IMG/VR virus record: IMGVR_UViG_2974557979_000001
Length of the DNA stretch: 64,000 bases
DNA from: a virus
Lineage: Duplodnaviria; Heunggongvirae; Uroviricota; Caudoviricetes; Straboviridae
Direction: 5' to 3' (one strand)
The first letter of the stretch is position 1, and each line of letters opens with the position of its first letter. The notes below the pieces were generated by a model. It was not told where the DNA came from. It made no database searches and saw nothing but the letters and a program-made list of their open reading frames with translations. Positions 59,701-64,000 of this stretch are shown piece by piece. Made by a program: the position numbers and the translations under genes.

Positions 59701-60793
59701 AACTGTTTATGGAAATGCCCAAATCAATAGACAGTTAACTGTTTCTAGTTCAGCTACTGTTGCAGGTATTATTAATGCCAACGGCGGTATCATTGTTCCT
59801 ACTACCAAGTATGTTCAAATTGCCGATGCTCCTACGCAGAATAACCAAGCAACAAATAAACAGTATGTTGATGATAAGGTTGCTTCTGCTATTAGTAATG
59901 CTGGCGACACGTATCTTCCGTTAGCGGGTGGTACTGTAACTGGTACGTTAATAGTTACAGGTAATCAACTGAAAACTACTTCTCTGTGGACTACCGGAGA
60001 TGCTGCCGTTAACGGTGTTTTAACTGTTGATGGAAAGGCTAGGTTTAATCAAGAGTTCAGTGTATCAACCTCAGTTAACGTTCAGAACAATGGTAACAGC
60101 CATGTGTTCTTCCGTAAAGCTGATGGTACAGAAAAAGGACTTCTTTGGGCTGATGACCCTGGCAATGTTAGTATAAGAGCCGGCGGTGCTTCTGGACCAG
60201 TATGGAATTTCTGGAACAGTGGTTCTTGCCAATTCCCAGGTGCTATTAGTAACTTTAATGGTGTTAATAGTACTACTAATTACCCTGGCGGCGGTATTGG
60301 CGCGTATTTAAATACCGCTGGCCTAACAAGTAGATTTAGTAATGGTGCTTATGTTTCCTTATACTTCCAAGAATATGTAGGAAATTATCACCAGGCTATT
60401 CTTAATGTTAACGGCTATGGGCAAGATAACAGCTTTTATTTCCGGGCTGGCGGTAACTTCATCTGTACTCGCAATGGTTCATTCGATAACGTTGAGATTC
60501 GTTCTGACCGTAGAGCTAAATCTGATATTAAAGTTATTGAAAATGCCTTGGAAAAAGTAGAAACCTTATCTGGTAATACTTACGAGCTTCATAACACTTC
60601 TGGCGGTACTACTCGATCTGCAGGTTTAATCGCACAAGAAGTGCAAGAAGTTCTTCCTGAAGCAGTTACGCAAGATAATGAAGAAGATGGTGGTATGCTT
60701 CGTCTGAATTATAACGCTGTTATCGCTTTACTGGTAGAATCAGTCAAAGAGCTTTCTGCTGAGGTTAAAGAGCTTAAATCTCAACTGAAATAA
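56744..60793 (+). CDS. 37: Long tail fibre distal subunit gp37 with C-terminal intramolecular chaperone (peptidase S74)
   Basis: IQFLRS..AGKTP...LADGELAIN start; SDRRAKSDIK...GLIAQEVQEVLPEAV...LRLNYN S74 end. Confidence 0.93.
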   Translation: MADLEKIQFLRSTVAGKTPTTSQLADGELAINMADYAIYTKNGSSIVQLAGKGIPETNTKKLTVDGPSALNDTVTVAEGKTITFTNENLSGEITRHIVGKCASNDGWYIGSGGTSNNGILEIGTIDDGTETIQFVQRGAGNVEARKLVLLDSSGNTTLPGDLRLSTNKTVKISNGSTLTLEMGVGANDVYIKNLRGSGVLQLTNDGNLTFRNSQVYYATDGRGPGKDGTLLTNVENARQLEQDNFPVTTGNETRWIKVALLKDPGSGQSRLQLMVTNGGNYGNTHSSIDFIDCSARSIPATLTSANISSYLQIRRIGDPGIDNTNQMRYSLVRTSEGLELWFTQRAFIGGVKVALLSIAGYTEYYLPNGYTTSATAPEGLVESVAIRIYDEMNKPNLDDGTDGILSVAKGGTGASTASAARTNLGLGTAATRDVGTGSGQVMLVGAYGLGGKGTSYTVSNARDYLKQLRTDGSQFMRNTLGTEINYGMGASFYSSVSDVHAVISVDWNTGRVKVGATNDANLNSDTGKISSQELYGTAFKPTPDDVGAVARAGDTMTGNLTIKANLKVENPNGTMVDLGSENSDKYSRLTLARKVGSGATVAMLKVTPEGHVQFGYQDAVATPAPSKYILVKSSGLEVEGDLVFNQTYRGTEEAVDITDKTVDLNGLVIKGTDPGTRQMYKCFSYGGYNITNKPTSDGNFVLEVLSLRKISDTDWTCKQTFTTKNGNVEGTYVRYCQNGTWSAWKEVVAGVQPINLGGTGATSVAAARNNLGVGEWQSVAFGVLNVNGVSNADPTITFKNGAMVREAQGGSLGALILSASTTSPDGAKYIAFRPLGDSSGTEIRVKANVYNEPSLEWSYGAGVRSSAVGSFVIYAKTGQALHLRPNGDNSGQSTVIDQNGKMTVGGEFEAQNSKITGNLNVSEDNRMIVLGKNSDIGLVKKNGMPGKMAIGKSNSFTVMVSTNTNNQINPADTFNDVFKVDADGNQTVYGNAQINRQLTVSSSATVAGIINANGGIIVPTTKYVQIADAPTQNNQATNKQYVDDKVASAISNAGDTYLPLAGGTVTGTLIVTGNQLKTTSLWTTGDAAVNGVLTVDGKARFNQEFSVSTSVNVQNNGNSHVFFRKADGTEKGLLWADDPGNVSIRAGGASGPVWNFWNSGSCQFPGAISNFNGVNSTTNYPGGGIGAYLNTAGLTSRFSNGAYVSLYFQEYVGNYHQAILNVNGYGQDNSFYFRAGGNFICTRNGSFDNVEIRSDRRAKSDIKVIENALEKVETLSGNTYELHNTSGGTTRSAGLIAQEVQEVLPEAVTQDNEEDGGMLRLNYNAVIALLVESVKELSAEVKELKSQLK

Positions 60794-60796
60794 TGT

Positions 60797-60816
60797 AAGG
60801 GGCTTCGGCCCCTTTT
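60797..60816 (+). terminator. Terminator after gene 37
   Basis: AAGGGGC-TTCG-GCCCCTTTT. Confidence 0.8.
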
Positions 60817-60829
60817 AGGAGAAATAACT

Positions 60830-61357
60830 ATGGCAGTAACAGGACCGTGGGTCGGAAGTTCGGCAAAGGCTGAAACTGGCGAAGCATGGATGGCTCAAGC
60901 TGGGGCCAAATTAAGAATAGGGACACCGTTTTGGATGTCTAATATGATTGGACAAAGCGTATTCCATTTAATTTTCAGAATTAACTATGCACAAGGTTCT
61001 TCTGGCGATCCATCTAGATATAGAGGATTCTTTAAAAGAGGGTTAGCAGTAAATATAGGATACTCAGCAAACCAGCCAACATTAAATGCATTTCCTGGTG
61101 GTGAAGTAGGGTCTTTAGTAGCCATTACAAATATTAAAGGGGATCCTTATTGTTTGTCTATTTTAAATGGGGCTGTTCGACGAGTTAAAGTGTCTATATT
61201 TAATGCATCTGGCGGAGACCAGTATGATGTTTATTTCAGTGGAACTACTATGAGTGACGGTTGGAGAAGATATAGATGCGAAAACGCTGATGGCCTCAAT
61301 GGGTATTTTGAAGCTAGAATGGGTAATCAGTTCGGTGCTTTATTAGAATACGTTTGA
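60830..61357 (+). CDS. 38: gp38 tail-fibre tip adhesin (T2-type N-terminus, atypical C-terminus)
   Basis: MAVTGPWVGSSA..ETGEAWM...FWMSNMIG N-terminal gp37-attachment motif. Confidence 0.8.
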   Translation: MAVTGPWVGSSAKAETGEAWMAQAGAKLRIGTPFWMSNMIGQSVFHLIFRINYAQGSSGDPSRYRGFFKRGLAVNIGYSANQPTLNAFPGGEVGSLVAITNIKGDPYCLSILNGAVRRVKVSIFNASGGDQYDVYFSGTTMSDGWRRYRCENADGLNGYFEARMGNQFGALLEYV

Positions 61358-61393
61358 TAAATAAACCAACAAACTCACATTATTAAATAGATT

Positions 61394-61421
61394 AAAAGGC
61401 TACCTATATGGTAGCCTTTTT
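61394..61421 (+). terminator. Terminator after gene 38
   Basis: AAAAGGCTACC-TATAT-GGTAGCCTTTT. Confidence 0.8.
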
Positions 61422-61468
61422 GTTGTATCCTAAATATACCTATAGTAACCTAAGAAGAGTCTTATAAA

Positions 61469-62116
61469 ATGGCTGAGAGAAATCCCGTAGATAAACTAGC
61501 CTTATTTGATCGGGTAATATCGTTTGTGATGGGTGTGAAAACATGGAAACAATTGCTGATAAAAATAATTCTAATAATGGTTATGTTTCTTATGGTAGTA
61601 ACTTGGTACAAATGGACTGATATATTCCCGATGATAAAAGGTGCCCTTGTAGTCGATACAAGGGCTATCGAAATGGAAAGAACAGAAAAGTTTAATCAAT
61701 CCGCGTTGGAACAGTTGAGCATAGTTCATCTTACTTCCAACGCGGATTTTTCGGCGGTACTGGCATTCAGACCAAAGAACATAAACTATTTTGTTGACAT
61801 TGTAGAATATCAGGGAAAATTACCATCCCAAATCGATCCTAAAAACCTCGGTGGTTATCCGATCGATAAAACATCCGAAGAATACACGAATCATATAAAT
61901 GGCTTGTACTATTCATCAACTACAGCAAGTTCCTACCTACCGACACGTGATTTTGTGCCAGTAGCTTATACTTTTAGTTGCCCTTATTTCAATCTTGATA
62001 ACTACTATTCTGGATCGGTTTTGATGGAATGGTATGCAAAGCGGCCTGATATACCAGATATGAAGATAAACATCATATGTGGACAGGCCGCGCGCATTTT
62101 AGGTCGAGCGAGGTGA
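61469..62116 (+). CDS. t: Holin gpT
   Basis: N-terminal TM helix; ADFSAVLAFRPKN, LGGYPIDKTSEEY, SCPYFNLDN, QAARILGR motifs. Confidence 0.95.
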   Translation: MAERNPVDKLALFDRVISFVMGVKTWKQLLIKIILIMVMFLMVVTWYKWTDIFPMIKGALVVDTRAIEMERTEKFNQSALEQLSIVHLTSNADFSAVLAFRPKNINYFVDIVEYQGKLPSQIDPKNLGGYPIDKTSEEYTNHINGLYYSSTTASSYLPTRDFVPVAYTFSCPYFNLDNYYSGSVLMEWYAKRPDIPDMKINIICGQAARILGRAR

Positions 62117-62386
62117 TTAACGTAATGCTGGTGTTAAATTGTGTGATCTTCCAATAGCCCGTTTGATTGCTTTAAAGAAGTTCATCACCGGGCTATTTTT
62201 CTCGTAAATATCCCAAACTTTCAATTTGTCCCACGGATCCGGAACATAATCTTCATTCCTTGCCGAAACCCCCAACGTAACCCGCCTGTATCCAGCGCTG
62301 TCGTGATAATACACGAAGAATGGCCTACCTATTGGCGCAACCTTACAACCTCTCTTAGCGGCTCTCATAGCCTCATCGAACGTCAT
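62117..62386 (-). CDS. DUF2829/Tad2-like small protein (copy A)
   Basis: Likely start MTFDEAMRAAKRGCKV (GGGGA RBS); YVPDPWDKLKVWDIY near the end. Confidence 0.55.
   Translation of the reverse strand: MTFDEAMRAAKRGCKVAPIGRPFFVYYHDSAGYRRVTLGVSARNEDYVPDPWDKLKVWDIYEKNSPVMNFFKAIKRAIGRSHNLTPALR
62153..62200 (+). terminator. Probable t terminator embedded in the convergent gene
   Basis: AATAGCCCG (62153-62161) pairs with CGGGCTATT (62189-62197), followed by a T tract. Confidence 0.45.
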
Positions 62387-62672
62387 GGATTCCCCAAAAA
62401 TTTCTATGCATGAATGGTCGAATTCCGATAGTTTCACTCAAAATGAATATCGGATGATCTAGCTCATCGTGGTTTTCTTCGTCAATGACGATATCCCAAT
62501 CAGTAGCCTTTTGTTCTTCTACCGTGGCAATGAATACCTGGTTTACTTCACACTTGCGGTGTGTACGTCTGATGATTGTATCCCCCTCACGAAACACAAT
62601 CATATCAGGATTGGTAGTGCGGTACGCGGTTTTACCCGCGCACACTTCATTAAGCATATCTTCGTATGTCAT
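62373..62672 (-). CDS. DUF2829/Tad2-like small protein (copy B)
   Basis: MTYEDMLNEVCAGKTAYR ... FIATVEEQKATDWDIV. Confidence 0.55.
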   Translation of the reverse strand: MTYEDMLNEVCAGKTAYRTTNPDMIVFREGDTIIRRTHRKCEVNQVFIATVEEQKATDWDIVIDEENHDELDHPIFILSETIGIRPFMHRNFWGIHDVR

Positions 62673-63469
62673 TATAAAACCTTTACACGTTGAACGATGG
62701 TTTGTTTAACGTCTTTGTATTCTCCGTGCTCTTTAACGGTTGCTTTGAAAGTGATTTCATCACCTTCGTTTGCAATGTTATTACCGAAGTAAACAACAAC
62801 ATTACCATCAACATTAATTTTGGTCATGAATCTTTCTACAGAAGTGTAGTAAGAAACTTGAGTATATCCCAGTGAAATCACTTTCTCAACGGTTCCGGTC
62901 ATTTCCAGACGTTGTTTGATTTCACCGATGTGGTTAGCTTTAGAAATGCGTTCCTGGCGCTCTTGTTCCAACTGTTCGCGGATTTCTTCGCGTTTGGCGA
63001 TATAATCCTTCTCCAGTGCAACACCCATGCAGTAAGCGCACACGGCGTCAAATACAGGACTGTTTTTGTTGTCTTCTTTATACTGGTCAGCCCACCAAAG
63101 AACAGTAAACATTGGCATTTCTGCAATTACTTCGCCTTTACGCTTGCCAATCGGCATGATCCCTTTTTCCAGCAGTTCCAGTTTTTCAGTATCGAACACT
63201 GACAGTTTACCGCGACGTTCGAACAGATCGAAATCTGCAAAGCCCTGGAATATCATTTTGAAAGTATCAGTTTCAGTTAAACGGGCTGAAACACGGTCGA
63301 AATACTCACGCGCTTTCGCTTCCGCTTTCTCCGGATCGGTAGATAAGTTGCAGATATAGTTATCAGAAGTATAACCGCCACCTCTACGCTCAACACGCAA
63401 GGTGTACATTGCATTTTTACGACCAGAAGAAATGAAGTAAGTGGTAGTAACTACGGTTGCGTTAGTCAT
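62672..63469 (-). CDS. Hypothetical early protein with C-terminal OB-fold-like domain
   Basis: Start reassigned to MTNATVV (AGGAGA RBS); C-terminal beta-rich GEIKQRLEMTGTV...ITFKATVKEHGEYKDVKQTIVQRVKV. Confidence 0.65.
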   Translation of the reverse strand: MTNATVVTTTYFISSGRKNAMYTLRVERRGGGYTSDNYICNLSTDPEKAEAKAREYFDRVSARLTETDTFKMIFQGFADFDLFERRGKLSVFDTEKLELLEKGIMPIGKRKGEVIAEMPMFTVLWWADQYKEDNKNSPVFDAVCAYCMGVALEKDYIAKREEIREQLEQERQERISKANHIGEIKQRLEMTGTVEKVISLGYTQVSYYTSVERFMTKINVDGNVVVYFGNNIANEGDEITFKATVKEHGEYKDVKQTIVQRVKVL

Positions 63470-63507
63470 GGTATTTCTCCTTAAAGGGTATCTCGTTTCG
63501 ATATGGC

Positions 63508-63546
63508 TAATATAGCAAAAGCCCCTGACCGAAGTCAAGGGCTTTT
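63508..63546 (-). promoter_or_regulatory. Promoter-early stem-loop cassette (second copy)
   Basis: Minus strand AAAAAGCCCTTGAC-TTCG-GTCAGGGGCTTTTG-C-TATATT. Confidence 0.85.
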
Positions 63547-63549
63547 TCA

Positions 63550-63777
63550 TCATTCATTCGAATCTTTCATTGTTTTATGAAGATGAATATCAAAAATTTT
63601 CCAGTACGCCTTTCCGCGAGGATAAATTTTTGCTTTGTCAATATCGTTGTTGCTTCCCCATGTGTTGTTTGGGCCACGACATCGATTTTTTATATAATCT
63701 GTATGCCAGAATAAGCGCTGAACCGATGATTCCGTACCTAATGGATCTTCTTTACTGAACAGAATTTGTATACTCAT
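63550..63777 (-). CDS. Hypothetical protein
   Basis: 75-aa ORF coupled by ATGA to the upstream partial ORF. Confidence 0.6.
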   Translation of the reverse strand: MSIQILFSKEDPLGTESSVQRLFWHTDYIKNRCRGPNNTWGSNNDIDKAKIYPRGKAYWKIFDIHLHKTMKDSNE

Positions 63778-64000
63778 AAGAAGAACCCAGTGCGAACAAT
63801 CAGATCGATTTTCTTTTCTGGTTCAAACGGTGATTTGCTATCGATGTCACACTGATAGAACATACCAACATACTTTTCAGGAATGTTGGATTCACGCGCC
63901 CATTTCAGGTTATCATCGGTATTCGGCCCCAGCATGAGGTTAACAACATCAACAGCATAATCCTGTTCTTTGGTGTTGCCGGAACCGTTTACATAATGCC
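63774..64000 (-). CDS. Hypothetical protein (5'-truncated by window edge)
   Basis: Open frame from the window end: ...HYVNGSGNTKEQDYAV...KKIDLIVRTGFFL*. Confidence 0.6.
   Translation of the reverse strand, partial: HYVNGSGNTKEQDYAVDVVNLMLGPNTDDNLKWARESNIPEKYVGMFYQCDIDSKSPFEPEKKIDLIVRTGFFL

Overview
A 64 kb slice of a T4-like (Tevenvirinae) myovirus genome, most consistent with the RB49/phi1/JSE pseudo-T-even lineage. The assignment rests on gene order, sigma70-like TTGACN-N16-18-TAnnnT early promoters, TATAAATA late promoters, promoter/stem-loop cassettes and an Ig-tipped fibritin; it comes from recalled family features, not a database search. 1-27238 is the late virion cluster (genes 6-24, wac, and a GIY-YIG homing endonuclease between 23 and 24). 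27239-51040 is a repair, nucleotide-metabolism and accessory region: an extremely AT-rich tract, uvsY, uvsW, inh, two hoc-like genes, HAD phosphatases, a P-loop kinase, an ART-like gene, rnlB, a SLOG gene, Nampt, dam, nrdC, 49, nrdD, an HNH endonuclease, nrdG and nrdH. 51120-62116 holds tail fibre genes 34-38 and holin t, followed by convergent early genes. The strongest candidates for something new are: (i) two tandem DUF2829/Tad2-like small genes next to the holin, plus a loose NAD-linked group (ART-like, SLOG, unpartnered Nampt) suggesting layered defence against NAD-based immunity; (ii) a late-promoter P-loop kinase with a T4 internal-protein-type capsid-targeting N-terminus; (iii) a ~200-nt highly structured, promoter- and terminator-bounded candidate ncRNA after uvsY.-2; (iv) an origin-like AT tract with repeated GATC and TCAAA-N5-TTTGA sites. 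No tRNA, CRISPR array or intron was seen.
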